Source: an uncultured Candidatus Saccharibacteria bacterium (GTDB taxonomy: Bacteria; Patescibacteriota; Dojkabacteria; SC72). Taken from it: a stretch of DNA of 64,000 nt. The notes beneath the pieces were generated by a model. The model saw only the letters and a list, made by a program, of their open reading frames with translations, ran no database searches and was not told the DNA's origin. The position numbers were made by a program, and so were the translations under genes. The stretch is from assembly GCA_964655705.1 (NCBI GenBank), contig CAZZPP010000003.1, forward strand, positions 37,427-101,426, written 5' to 3'. This document shows positions 37,417-47,608 of the stretch, piece by piece; the stretch's first letter is position 1; every line of letters starts with the position of its first letter.

Positions 37417-38403
37417 CTTCGATCTCCACCCCTTTCTAAAAATCTTGTATAACTCATTGGCTACTTTCTCTGGATCATGTCTAACAAAACTCCTGTCTAG
37501 AGTATCACCTTTAGCTTTTTTAATAAGGGAATTAGCCACTAAATCAGCCTTAATAATCTCTCTTGCTTCCCCCTTTACATCATCCTCAAACAGATGCTCT
37601 CCGTAATCAATATATCTTTGATATGCTTTTTGGGGTATCCTCCCATTATTTACTAAAACATAATCAAATTTCCTACCAATATATCCCTCTACAATTGATA
37701 GCATACTTTCCAATGTAAGGCCTCTTGTCTGACCAATCCTAGACATTAGGTTAGATATGAAAATGAGTTTAGCTTTACTTTTCTGTAAGGCTTGTGGAAT
37801 ACCATCTACAATAATATTGGCTAAGGTAGTAGTATACAAATCACCAGGACCCATAACTATGTAATCTGAAGACAAAATGGCATCAACAGCACCTTGATAT
37901 GCAAGCGCCTTTTTGTCAAAGTAAAATTTCTTAATCTTCCTGTCCTCTTTCGGCTCATCTATTAGGTGTTCCCCTACAATCTTTTTACCATTGGTATACT
38001 CTGCTACTAACCTCACCTTGTCCAAGGTAACAGGTAGGATATTTCCCGATACAGAAAAGAGGTATTTAAATAGCTCAATGGCTTCTACCTCAGAGCCTGC
38101 TATTTCAGTCATTGCAATCATTAGAAGGTTCCCAAGTGTATGTCCCTTAAGTCCATCTCCTTGAGAGAATCTGTATGTAAAAAGGTCTCTTAAAACATTC
38201 TGATCGTTTTCATTAGACAGTGCAATAATTGATTTTCTAAGGTCACTAAGAGGTAATAGTCCAAATTCATCCCTAACAATGGCATTACTTCCTCCATCAT
38301 CCATCATTGCTACAATTACATTTAGATTTAAGTCCCTTTTCTTTTTTAATCCCTCTAGTACAGAACTAGAACCAGTACCTCCTCCAATTACCGTAATTTT
38401 CAT
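37387..38403 (-). CDS. YvcK/GlmR (UPF0052) family protein
   Basis: IGGGTG, DDGGS, GHTLGNL, GPGDLYT and RHDP motifs. Confidence 0.92.
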   Translation of the reverse strand: MKITVIGGGTGSSSVLEGLKKKRDLNLNVIVAMMDDGGSNAIVRDEFGLLPLSDLRKSIIALSNENDQNVLRDLFTYRFSQGDGLKGHTLGNLLMIAMTEIAGSEVEAIELFKYLFSVSGNILPVTLDKVRLVAEYTNGKKIVGEHLIDEPKEDRKIKKFYFDKKALAYQGAVDAILSSDYIVMGPGDLYTTTLANIIVDGIPQALQKSKAKLIFISNLMSRIGQTRGLTLESMLSIVEGYIGRKFDYVLVNNGRIPQKAYQRYIDYGEHLFEDDVKGEAREIIKADLVANSLIKKAKGDTLDRSFVRHDPEKVANELYKIFRKGWRSKLFSFLSLYR

Positions 38404-38465
38404 AATTTCAATTGTATACTAAAAAATGATATAATGAAACGTTTAATTCTCATATACAAACATCT

Positions 38466-39005
38466 ATGAATTTCAAAGTCGGCTCAAAAGTATTCTATCC
38501 ATCTCACGGTGCAGGTTGGATTAAAGATCAGAAAGAAATCGAATTTAATGGTAACAAAAAAATGTACTTTGAATTCCAGTTTGTGAACTCATCAATTACA
38601 ATATCTACTCCTTTAGATAATGTAAATAATTTAAATATTAGGAATGTATTCAGTGCAAAAGAGATTAAGGACAAGATAGCGGTATTAAAAAAGACACCAT
38701 ACAAAGATCCAAAGACTAAAGATTTTAACAGATTAATGGAGATATTCAAGAAACTGGAAAATGAAGCAACTATTGAATCTGCAATAGAAACAATACAACA
38801 CTGTAATCACGTTAAAAGAGAAAGAGAGAAAGATGGGAGATTAATCCCTGTATCAATTGAGAATGAACTAGCTAGAGCAATGGGGGACATTGTAGGTGAA
38901 ATAGCGGTAACTTCTAATACCAAATTAGAAACAGCTGGTAAAACTTTCGAAAAGATTACTGGTTTAGAGGCAAAGATGTTAGAGTCTAAGTATTTTGGTA
39001 ATTAG
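38466..39005 (+). CDS. carD: CarD family transcription regulator
   Basis: N-terminal FKVGSKVFYPSHGAG CarD/TRCF-RID pattern. Confidence 0.8.
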   Translation: MNFKVGSKVFYPSHGAGWIKDQKEIEFNGNKKMYFEFQFVNSSITISTPLDNVNNLNIRNVFSAKEIKDKIAVLKKTPYKDPKTKDFNRLMEIFKKLENEATIESAIETIQHCNHVKREREKDGRLIPVSIENELARAMGDIVGEIAVTSNTKLETAGKTFEKITGLEAKMLESKYFGN

Positions 39006-41861
39006 TACATCATCCTGGACTTTTAAGGATATACCATTCTCAATCTGTTCTACTTTCTTCAAATCTTGAATATATATATTCTTTTTAATAATCTCTTTCC
39101 TTTGCTCAATTAGTCCAGATATCTGCTCACTGCTAGTTGCATACTCCAAAGAGATTGGCTCCCCTACTTCACAGCCACTCTCTTTTCTTGCTACTTGTAA
39201 TCCTCTAAGTATCTCATTTAATATCCCCTCCTCTTTGAGTAAATCAGAAACATTGATATCAATACTTACAAAAATATCTCCTGTAGACAAACTCTTTATG
39301 GTTTCTCCTTCTTTAACCTCCTTACTAAATACTACCTCCTTAACATTCAATTCTCCTTTAATAATTTCTAACATAGACTCATCAGAGATTGGAACATATG
39401 CTCTTAGCAATGGTTGTCTTACCTTCAATCTATACTCATCCCTGATATTTAATCCTAGGGAACATATACTTCTTACTTTCTCCATATCCGTTAGTAGTAC
39501 TTCATCAAGGTACTCAACATCCACCCTTGGGTACTCCTCTAAATGAACTGATTCTTTGCCCTCTGGTTGTAATGTAAGATATGCCGACTCAGATATGAAG
39601 GGAGCAAATGGTGCAAGTAGTTTAGATATCTCTACTAACACAAAGTGTAGAGTAGTAAGAGCTTGGATATCTCCATTTACAAATCTCTCCCTTGATCTAC
39701 GTATATACCACTTAGAGAGCACATCAATTAATTCAAAGATATATTTAACACCATTTTGAAGTTTGTATTCATCAATATTTGTTGTAACATCCCTAGTTGT
39801 TTGATTTAGTTTAGAGAGTATCCACCTGTCCATAATATGCTGTGGACGGTAATCCTTAGAATATTCCCACTTAAATTGCTCTTTGTAATTAAGAAAATAC
39901 TTAATACAGTTGTAGTATGGAAGGAGTACAGTAGAGGTAATCTCTTTAACAAATTTCTCACTGAATATGACCTCCTCACCATGAACAATTGGTGAACTTA
40001 AAAAGTAAAGCCTCAATGCATCAGCACCCATGGAATCAATTACTGTATTTACCTCTGGATAGTTACGCTTACTCTTGGACATCTTACTACCATCCGGAGC
40101 CAATGCCATACCATTTACAATTACACTTCTAAAAGATTTTTGATCAAACAGTGCAACACCAAGTACATGAAGCGTGTAAAACCAACCCCTTGTTTGATCA
40201 ATTCCCTCTGCTATGAATTCTGCAGGGTATGTCTTTTCAAATAGTAGACTGTTTTCAAAAGGGTAATGAAATCTAGCAAAAGGCATAGAACCAGAGTCAT
40301 ACCAAACATCAATAACATCATTTACTCTCTTCATATCCCCACCACATTCGCATTTGTAAACAATTTCATCTACAAAGGGCTTGTGAGGATCTTTTAACTC
40401 GATACCACTCTTTTCTTTTACCTCCTCAAAAGAACCAAGTACATCCTTCTTACCACATTTCTCACAAATCCATACAGGTAAAGGAGTTCCCCAATATCTG
40501 TTTCTACTTAACGCCCAATCCCTAGCATCGCCTAACCAGTTACCAAATCTTCCCTCCTTAACATGTCTAGGTATCCACCTAATCTCATCGTTTTCTTTAA
40601 CTAGTAATTCTTTAATCTTACTTACTCTTACATACCAGCTCTTTATGGGCTTGTATATTAGAGGTGTTGCTGTTCTCCAACACATTGGCATTTGATGTTC
40701 ATAATCGTAATGATTGAAAAGAAGATTTCTCTTTTCCAAATCCTCCATTATGTATCTATTTGCCTTTTTGTAAAACATACCTTTAAACTCCGAAATCTCC
40801 TCTTTGAAATTGCCCGCATCATCTAAATAGTCAAACATCTCAATCCCCAGATCAGTCATCAGGAAAAAATCCTCTTCTCCATATGGTGCCTGATGAACTA
40901 GCCCAGTTCCTTCCTCTAAGGTTACATGATTAGCATGTACTACTCTAAATGCACCTTCTTTTCTTTTTTGAGCATAGTATGGGTACAATGGCTCATACTC
41001 CTTACCAACTAAATCACTTCCCTTAATCTCTTTGACTACCTTAAAATCATCATTGAAAATATTCTCCACTAAATCCCTCCCAACAATATATCTCTCTCCC
41101 TTACTCTCAACTTCTACATAGGTAAAATCTTTTCCTACTGCAACCAACAAATTCCCTGGTAATGTCCAAGGAGTAGTAGTCCAGATTAACAAGGATGTAT
41201 CACTCTCCTTAAGTTTTAATTTAACAACAACAGCAGGATCAATAATGGTTTGGTAACCACCCAATGCCACCTCTGAATTTGAAAGAGTAGTACCTGCTCT
41301 AGTAGAGTAAGGAACTACCTTGTATCCCTCATAGAGTAAATCTTTGTTGTAAAGTTCCTTTAAAGACCACCAGACACTCTCAATATATTTAGGGTCCATA
41401 GTGGCATACTCCTGCTCACTGTTAACCCATCTACCCATTCTCTCAGTTAAATTCTCAATCTCACTCTGATATTTCTTTACTGATTCTCTACACAAGCTAT
41501 TGAACTTCTCTACCCCATATCTCTCGATATCTTCCTTCTGTTGGAAACCTAACTCTTTCTCTACCTCATACTCAACAGGTATGCCCTGACAATCCCATCC
41601 TAAACTCCTCTCTACTCTAAATCCTTTCATTGTTTTGTATCTAGGGATGCTGTCCTTAATAACCATGGTAAGTACATGTCCGTAATGGGGTTTGTTGTTT
41701 GCAGTAATTGGACCATCATAGAAGGTAAATTGGTTTTCCTTAGATCTCTGTTCAATACTCTTTTCCAATATCCCTTTCTCTTTCCAGTATTTTAGTATCT
41801 CTTCTTCAACTTTTGGGAAGTTAGGCATACCCTGATCTTTAGATATTTTCAAATCATACAT
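38979..41861 (-). CDS. ileS: Isoleucine--tRNA ligase, type 2 (IleRS2)
   Basis: FYDGP, HYGH, GWDCQG, WTTTPWTLP, RDWALSRNRYWGTP, DQTRGWF and KMSKS motifs; start position uncertain. Confidence 0.96.
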   Translation of the reverse strand: MYDLKISKDQGMPNFPKVEEEILKYWKEKGILEKSIEQRSKENQFTFYDGPITANNKPHYGHVLTMVIKDSIPRYKTMKGFRVERSLGWDCQGIPVEYEVEKELGFQQKEDIERYGVEKFNSLCRESVKKYQSEIENLTERMGRWVNSEQEYATMDPKYIESVWWSLKELYNKDLLYEGYKVVPYSTRAGTTLSNSEVALGGYQTIIDPAVVVKLKLKESDTSLLIWTTTPWTLPGNLLVAVGKDFTYVEVESKGERYIVGRDLVENIFNDDFKVVKEIKGSDLVGKEYEPLYPYYAQKRKEGAFRVVHANHVTLEEGTGLVHQAPYGEEDFFLMTDLGIEMFDYLDDAGNFKEEISEFKGMFYKKANRYIMEDLEKRNLLFNHYDYEHQMPMCWRTATPLIYKPIKSWYVRVSKIKELLVKENDEIRWIPRHVKEGRFGNWLGDARDWALSRNRYWGTPLPVWICEKCGKKDVLGSFEEVKEKSGIELKDPHKPFVDEIVYKCECGGDMKRVNDVIDVWYDSGSMPFARFHYPFENSLLFEKTYPAEFIAEGIDQTRGWFYTLHVLGVALFDQKSFRSVIVNGMALAPDGSKMSKSKRNYPEVNTVIDSMGADALRLYFLSSPIVHGEEVIFSEKFVKEITSTVLLPYYNCIKYFLNYKEQFKWEYSKDYRPQHIMDRWILSKLNQTTRDVTTNIDEYKLQNGVKYIFELIDVLSKWYIRRSRERFVNGDIQALTTLHFVLVEISKLLAPFAPFISESAYLTLQPEGKESVHLEEYPRVDVEYLDEVLLTDMEKVRSICSLGLNIRDEYRLKVRQPLLRAYVPISDESMLEIIKGELNVKEVVFSKEVKEGETIKSLSTGDIFVSIDINVSDLLKEEGILNEILRGLQVARKESGCEVGEPISLEYATSSEQISGLIEQRKEIIKKNIYIQDLKKVEQIENGISLKVQDDVLITKILRL

Positions 41862-41881
41862 ATATTTAAATTTCAAATATT

Positions 41882-42095
41882 AAACAAAAATCCCCTTGTA
41901 AGAACCAATACATTGTACCAGTTCTTACAAAGGGACGTATATACGTGTTACCACCCTTTTTCATAGTTACATTACTGTAACTATCTTGTGAACCACTAAT
42001 ATGGTTCCTACTCTTTTTCGGGAGTAATCCGTTGGATTCTACTAGTCTTTCTGACTTTCTTTCCACCACTTACCAGTGATATCTGGGTCATTGTG
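41882..42095 (-). promoter_or_regulatory. T-box riboswitch (Ile) with ultrashort Stem I and intrinsic terminator
   Basis: Minus strand: CCAG-ATATCA-CTGG (AUC at 42078-42080); Stem II with GAA/AGTA; antiterminator AAGGG-TGGTAAC-ACG...CGTCCCTT; 21-bp hairpin followed by TTTTTGTTT. Confidence 0.9.
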
Positions 42096-42134
42096 TTAAA
42101 ATTCATTATACCATATATGTAGTATAATGGGAGG

Positions 42135-43904
42135 ATGAAAAAGAACTGGAATTTAAAACTTCTTTACAAAGATATTACAGATTCTCAGATAGATATTGAT
42201 ATTGAAAAAAGTAAAAAAGAAGTTAAAAGCTTTGTTAAGAAATGGGAACAAAACAAACAGTATCTCAAAGATCCAAAAACTCTGTCTATCGCTTTAAAAG
42301 AGTATGAGGATTTAATGGAAGAGTATGGTATATGTACAAAACCCTCATACTACATCTTTCTTTCTAGAGCAATTGATCAAGAGAATCCCCTATTAAAGGC
42401 TAAAGAGAATCTTTTACATACTACTTGTTTAGAATTAGAAAATAGTATCCAATTTTTCTTACTAAATATCTCTAAAATACCTAAAGAGAAACAGAAAATA
42501 TTTTTAGATTCACCATATTTAAAAATATACAGACACTTTCTTCAAAGTAGTTTCAATGAGGCTAAGTATATTCTTACAAACAAAGAAGAAAAGATTTTTA
42601 ATTTAAAATCTAAAACCTCATACGGCAACTGGGTTAATATGCTCTCAGAGCTCCTTCAGAAACAAAGCATAGGAGTAATTGATGAGGATGGGATAAAGAA
42701 AGAAGTACCGTATAGCGAGATTAGTAAATATCTAGACAGTAGCAAGAAGAGTCTAAGAGATTTTGCAGGAGAGAATTTTTACAAAGTAAACAATCAGTAT
42801 CTTGAAATAGCAGAATATGAGATGAACTCGATACTTGAGAATAAAAAAATCTCTGATGATTACAGAAAAATACCTAGAGTTGATCTACCAAGACTTTTCT
42901 CAGATGATATGGATTTGGATACTGTTGATACACTAAGAAATACAGTAACAAACTCCTTTGATATTTCCCAACGATTCTACAAATTAAAAGCAAAACTTTT
43001 ACAACAAGATGCCCTTGCTTACTATGAAAGGAATGTAAAGATTGGAGATATTAAAGAGGAGTACACTTTTGAAAACTCCTTAGACATTGTTAAGAAAGTA
43101 TTTAGAAACTTAGATAAAGAGTTCTTAGATATTTTAGAAATATATGAATCTCAAGGACGATATGATGTATATCCTAAGAAAGGGAAAGAGGGAGGAGCAT
43201 TTTGTGTAGGAGTGGGAAGTAAATATCCAACATACATCCTTTTAAATCACAACAACAGATTACATGATATATTGACCATAGCGCACGAGAGTGGACATGG
43301 TATTCATACAGAGTATTCCAACAAGCAAAATCCTTTAAATCAGGGCTACTCAACTGCATGTGCAGAAGTTGCTTCTACTTTCTTTGAAGAGTTTGTACTT
43401 GAAAATATTTCAAAAGATTTAAATAGTAAGGAGAAAGATATACTACTTTTTAAATCTCTTGAAGAGGATATCTCTACAAAATTTAGACAGATTGCTTGCT
43501 ACAATTTTGAATTAAGATTACATAATGAGTTTAGAGAGAAAGGTTTTCTTCCTAAAGAACATGTATCCCGAATATTTACAGAGGAGATGTCTAAATACTT
43601 AGGAGATAGCGTATTAAAGGATAAGCATATGGAGTTAGGTTGGATATATTGGAGTCATATCCGCTCTTTCTTCTATACATATACATATGCTAGTGGACTA
43701 TTAATCTCTAAATATTTGCAGAATTTAGTGAAAGAAGATAGAAAAAATATTGAATATGTAAAGAACTTCTTCAAAGCTGGTGATAGTAAATCTCCTAAAG
43801 AGATATTTTTAGATATGGGTATAGATATTTCTAAAAAGGAGTTCTGGGAGAAAGGCTTAAAGAGTATAGAAGAGAAACTCTCATATCTAGAAAAAGAACT
43901 CTAG
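42135..43904 (+). CDS. pepF: Oligoendopeptidase F (M3B)
   Basis: WNLKLLY, KGKEGGAF, AHESGH, AEVASTF and HIRSFFYTYTYA motifs. Confidence 0.9.
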   Translation: MKKNWNLKLLYKDITDSQIDIDIEKSKKEVKSFVKKWEQNKQYLKDPKTLSIALKEYEDLMEEYGICTKPSYYIFLSRAIDQENPLLKAKENLLHTTCLELENSIQFFLLNISKIPKEKQKIFLDSPYLKIYRHFLQSSFNEAKYILTNKEEKIFNLKSKTSYGNWVNMLSELLQKQSIGVIDEDGIKKEVPYSEISKYLDSSKKSLRDFAGENFYKVNNQYLEIAEYEMNSILENKKISDDYRKIPRVDLPRLFSDDMDLDTVDTLRNTVTNSFDISQRFYKLKAKLLQQDALAYYERNVKIGDIKEEYTFENSLDIVKKVFRNLDKEFLDILEIYESQGRYDVYPKKGKEGGAFCVGVGSKYPTYILLNHNNRLHDILTIAHESGHGIHTEYSNKQNPLNQGYSTACAEVASTFFEEFVLENISKDLNSKEKDILLFKSLEEDISTKFRQIACYNFELRLHNEFREKGFLPKEHVSRIFTEEMSKYLGDSVLKDKHMELGWIYWSHIRSFFYTYTYASGLLISKYLQNLVKEDRKNIEYVKNFFKAGDSKSPKEIFLDMGIDISKKEFWEKGLKSIEEKLSYLEKEL

Positions 43905-43965
43905 GATATACTTAGAAAAGATATTTTGGTATTATTGGATATCTAAATTAATATATTTTCAATAT

Positions 43966-44217
43966 ATGGAAAGCAATGAATTCAAACCAAATGATCCAGA
44001 AAGTACTTCTAAACCTGATTTAAGAACTTCTGCTATTAATGACTTCACAAAAGATGGTGCTGTTGTTACTACAAACCAACAAGGAGAAAAGCAACTCTTT
44101 GAAAGAGATTTTGGAGGGCCAGTAGAAATTGATGACAAAGGAAACAGATATAGGATAGACCCAATAACAGGAGAGAGAATTGGAGTTATTGAATATGGTG
44201 ACCTCAGCCAAGATTAA
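43966..44217 (+). CDS. Hypothetical protein
   Basis: 83-aa ORF with ATG start; co-directional with neighbours. Confidence 0.5.
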   Translation: MESNEFKPNDPESTSKPDLRTSAINDFTKDGAVVTTNQQGEKQLFERDFGGPVEIDDKGNRYRIDPITGERIGVIEYGDLSQD

Positions 44218-44833
44218 TACTTCTAAGGCTTGGTACAATGAATATATCCCTTCAGGGATTAATTCCTTTGAGAATATCTTTCCTCCTAAGAAAGATATGT
44301 TTAAAGCATTAGAACTAACCCCCTTAGAAAATATTAAGGCTGTAATACTTGGACAAGACCCCTACCATGGAAAAGGGCAAGCAAATGGTCTAGCTTTTTC
44401 TGTAAACCAAGGGATTATAATACCACCATCATTAAGAAATATCTTTAAAGAATTAAATAGTGATATGGGGATAGAAATACCTCCACATGGTGATTTAACA
44501 AATTGGGCAAAACAGGGGGTATTACTCTTAAATAGTGTACTTACAGTAGAGAAAGACAAACCTGCTTCTCACAAAAATATTGGCTGGGAAAAATATACCG
44601 ATGGTTTAATTTCTGAAATATCTAACAAAAAAAATCACGTTGTATTCATACTCTGGGGAAAGTATGCAGAAAGTAAAATTCCACTAATTAATACCGACAA
44701 GCACCTAATCATATCTTCTTCCCACCCATCGCCTTTTTCAGCAAGACATGGGTTTTTTGGAAGTAAACCCTTTAGTAGATGTAATATCTGGTTAAAAAGT
44801 AAAAACTTAAGCCCAATAGATTGGAGTATTTAG
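44195..44833 (+). CDS. ung: Uracil-DNA glycosylase (family 1)
   Basis: ILGQDPYH, PPSLRNI, GVLLLN and HPSPFS motifs. Confidence 0.95.
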   Translation: MVTSAKINTSKAWYNEYIPSGINSFENIFPPKKDMFKALELTPLENIKAVILGQDPYHGKGQANGLAFSVNQGIIIPPSLRNIFKELNSDMGIEIPPHGDLTNWAKQGVLLLNSVLTVEKDKPASHKNIGWEKYTDGLISEISNKKNHVVFILWGKYAESKIPLINTDKHLIISSSHPSPFSARHGFFGSKPFSRCNIWLKSKNLSPIDWSI

Positions 44834-44874
44834 ATTACTAGTATTTCTTCTCTGTTAATGTATAATCACTGGTT

Positions 44875-45246
44875 ATGGAAAAAGAATTAGATTCAATTGT
44901 TACAAATACTCCTTTTTTTACAATGGATTTTAAAAATATTAAATACGAGATATTTACACCACTAAATGGTAAAGGAAATATATATCCCTATGGAGTTGTA
45001 CATGTAACTAACCAAAAGAAAGAAGTCTTAAGAGCAAGGCTAGCTATAGAGGAAGTAGCCATTAATCTAGTTAAGTCATTTGGATATAATGAGGAACTAG
45101 AAAAAAAGGATATTAGCTATATATCAGGAACTCAAATAGTTAATGGTAAAGAAACATTGGTGATGGACTTCTTTGGACCCTTTGGATCACTTAAGATTGA
45201 TGAAATAGGGAATCTGGTGTATGACAAGAATGATCTTAATCCTTAA
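44875..45246 (+). CDS. Hypothetical protein
   Basis: 123-aa ORF preceded by TATAAT. Confidence 0.55.
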   Translation: MEKELDSIVTNTPFFTMDFKNIKYEIFTPLNGKGNIYPYGVVHVTNQKKEVLRARLAIEEVAINLVKSFGYNEELEKKDISYISGTQIVNGKETLVMDFFGPFGSLKIDEIGNLVYDKNDLNP

Positions 45247-45925
45247 TCCCTACTCCACCAAAAAGTACTCCCCCATTTATCTCTAATATCGGTCCTGAGA
45301 TATCTCGATCTCTTAATCTACTCTCCCAATCACCCAGTACAGCGTTTCCATTCGTCTTTACTCTACAATCTTTAGGAACATAGATTTCAACTCCACCAAA
45401 AGCACAGTTAATATGTATAATTGCTCCACTCTTTTGTATTTTTGCTTCTCTTAAATCTAATTCTAAGCCTCCAAAGGCAACATTAATATCTCCACCTTTA
45501 AATTCTTTTGAGGTTATCTTTTTATCTACTCCCCAAAATATTACTGTTTCAGATACCCTATCATTACTTGAGAATTTTTTACTCTTCTCTTCTGTTTTCC
45601 CTTTTCCTTCCTCAAAAAGAATAGATATCCCAATTCCAATTATTATTACTGGCCAGAATACTGCAAAGAAATTCCATTCAAAAAGAGTATTTGAGAGAAA
45701 AGCAACACCTAAAAGAAGGAATATTATCCCAGGTATATTATTCTTACTAAGTAACATCTTAGCCCCTAAGAAGACGAGAATGAGTGGCCATAGTTTTGCA
45801 ATGACCATCCACATATACTTACTAAACATAGGGAGTATACCTGCCTGTTCAAAAAGGAGAATCATTCCGACCATTACAATTAATACTCCAAAAAGGAATT
45901 TTGGCTCTATTTTTATATCTTTCAT
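45236..45925 (-). CDS. LiaF-like cell-envelope stress protein (DUF5668 TM + DUF2154-like C-domain)
   Basis: WPLILV..G repeats; FGGLELDLREA and AFGGVEIYVP motifs. Confidence 0.85.
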   Translation of the reverse strand: MKDIKIEPKFLFGVLIVMVGMILLFEQAGILPMFSKYMWMVIAKLWPLILVFLGAKMLLSKNNIPGIIFLLLGVAFLSNTLFEWNFFAVFWPVIIIGIGISILFEEGKGKTEEKSKKFSSNDRVSETVIFWGVDKKITSKEFKGGDINVAFGGLELDLREAKIQKSGAIIHINCAFGGVEIYVPKDCRVKTNGNAVLGDWESRLRDRDISGPILEINGGVLFGGVGIKD

Positions 45926-45945
45926 ATATTTTAGGAATTAACAAA

Positions 45946-46959
45946 TTAAAAATCGTCTATATTAAAAGAACCTACTCCAACATTAACATACATATTTAAC
46001 TTTATATCTGTAGAACTATAATTTGGAGAGGTATATTTTCCTCTTCCCGCAGACATCCCTGAAACAGAAGACCCACCTATTGTTATCTCCCCTACTCCTA
46101 AATCATATTCTAGGATATATCCAACTCTGTTGGGGATTTTTAGATTCATTTTTCCTGCTCCAACAACCAAACGGATTTCGCCAGAAGGAATAGAATCTGT
46201 ACCCATCTCAACATCTAATTTACCTGCACCAACTTCAGCCCAGAAATCTTTGACTGGAGTCTCCTCAAGAATGATAACTCCATTTCCTGCTCCAAGCTTT
46301 ATATCAAAACTCGAGGGAATACTTAACTGTCCTAATACAATGTCATACTCAGATTCATCATAGAAAAGAAGGAAGGTATCAGATGATGCTCCATTAAAAT
46401 TAATATTTAAGACACCTGATTCAAGAGAGTCAATTAATTCTGGCTCTTTGTTACTTTTTGGATATTTTGAGTCTATGGTAATATACTCCGTAATACTCTC
46501 TTCCTCAGCTATATTAAACTTACATGCACCTACATCCATTACAATACTTCTCTCTGATACAACGGCATACTCCGTTGGAGATAGAGAAAGAGTACTTTCA
46601 ACAATCTCTTGTCCAAGATTAAACATACCCCCTCCACCCTGTAATACCCAGTTATTTACCTTAGAAGGTAAGAAATTAAAGCTCTTTGATGTAAGTTGCA
46701 TATATGCGATACCAAATGCTGCAGTTGTTAGTAGGATTGTAAGAATAACACCAATAATTCTTGCAAAAACAGAATTACCCAATATTATCCTTATACCTAT
46801 TAAAACTATCAATATTGGCCAGAATCTAACAACATATGTCCATATTGCCCACCCTACAACACCTGTTGTATTCAAAAGAAAAACAATACCTACAATAACT
46901 AGAAAAATAGCCCAAGAATAATTTCTTTTGTTTGAATAATTTATAGAATCTCCCTCCAT
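45946..46959 (-). CDS. LiaF/LiaG-like membrane protein with beta-repeat C-terminus
   Basis: FWPILIVLIG TM domain; repeated (V/L)GAG(K/N) and GVG motifs. Confidence 0.75.
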   Translation of the reverse strand: MEGDSINYSNKRNYSWAIFLVIVGIVFLLNTTGVVGWAIWTYVVRFWPILIVLIGIRIILGNSVFARIIGVILTILLTTAAFGIAYMQLTSKSFNFLPSKVNNWVLQGGGGMFNLGQEIVESTLSLSPTEYAVVSERSIVMDVGACKFNIAEEESITEYITIDSKYPKSNKEPELIDSLESGVLNINFNGASSDTFLLFYDESEYDIVLGQLSIPSSFDIKLGAGNGVIILEETPVKDFWAEVGAGKLDVEMGTDSIPSGEIRLVVGAGKMNLKIPNRVGYILEYDLGVGEITIGGSSVSGMSAGRGKYTSPNYSSTDIKLNMYVNVGVGSFNIDDF

Positions 46960-46989
46960 TAGAAAAAGAAGATAAATTTAAATATTTCT

Positions 46990-47256
46990 CTACTTCTTTT
47001 TAGTATCAGTCCGAGTAGCATAGAAGACCCCCTGTTTAGGTTCTCTGGAAGAAGAGCTGTCATTAACATTACTTTGAGAACGAGTTGGAATAACTATCCA
47101 AAGAATAATGTAGAGTAAAAGACCACTACCCGATAGAAGGATTAGAACAAATGCTATCCTTATAAGCGTAGAATCTATATTGAAGTACTCACCTAATCCA
47201 CCACAAACACCTGCTATCATTTTATCTGTTTCTGATCTGTATAGTTTTTTCGCCAT
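46990..47256 (-). CDS. pspC: PspC domain protein
   Basis: KKLYRSETDKMIAGVCGGLGEYFNID...YIILWIVIP. Confidence 0.92.
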   Translation of the reverse strand: MAKKLYRSETDKMIAGVCGGLGEYFNIDSTLIRIAFVLILLSGSGLLLYIILWIVIPTRSQSNVNDSSSSREPKQGVFYATRTDTKKK

Positions 47257-47344
47257 AATTATTTACTCAAATTTTATTTATCCGTTATATATTGTAAGAT
47301 AAAATGAAGAAATATTAAATAGTTAAATTAAAAATTACTAAATA

Positions 47345-47608
47345 ATGCAAAGAGGAGTCTTGAAACTAAATAGTGATGAGTATATACAACTACTTAATAT
47401 CTTAGATATAGAGATTTTCACAGGAACACCTCTTTATGAGAAATTTAAAAGTGCTTTAGAAAATAGAAATACTGAAATTGAGATATTTCTCTCTGAAGAT
47501 GAAATAGAAAGGATACTTGATGAGGTAGGCCCCCCTATTACTGAAAATCAGGTACTAAATAGCGCTCTAAAAAAGATTTCCGATTTGTTAATATCTTTTA
47601 GATCTTAA
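47345..47608 (+). CDS. Hypothetical protein
   Basis: 87-aa ORF; no motif recognised. Confidence 0.5.
   Translation: MQRGVLKLNSDEYIQLLNILDIEIFTGTPLYEKFKSALENRNTEIEIFLSEDEIERILDEVGPPITENQVLNSALKKISDLLISFRS

Noticed and set aside
41866-42069. 67-aa ORF upstream of ileS as a leader peptide
   Set aside because: It coincides with the T-box structure, which explains the region, and has no Ile-codon run.
44180-44280. ung as a truncated pseudogene because its N-terminus is short
   Set aside because: All catalytic motifs are intact and the frame is open; it is more likely a compact variant.
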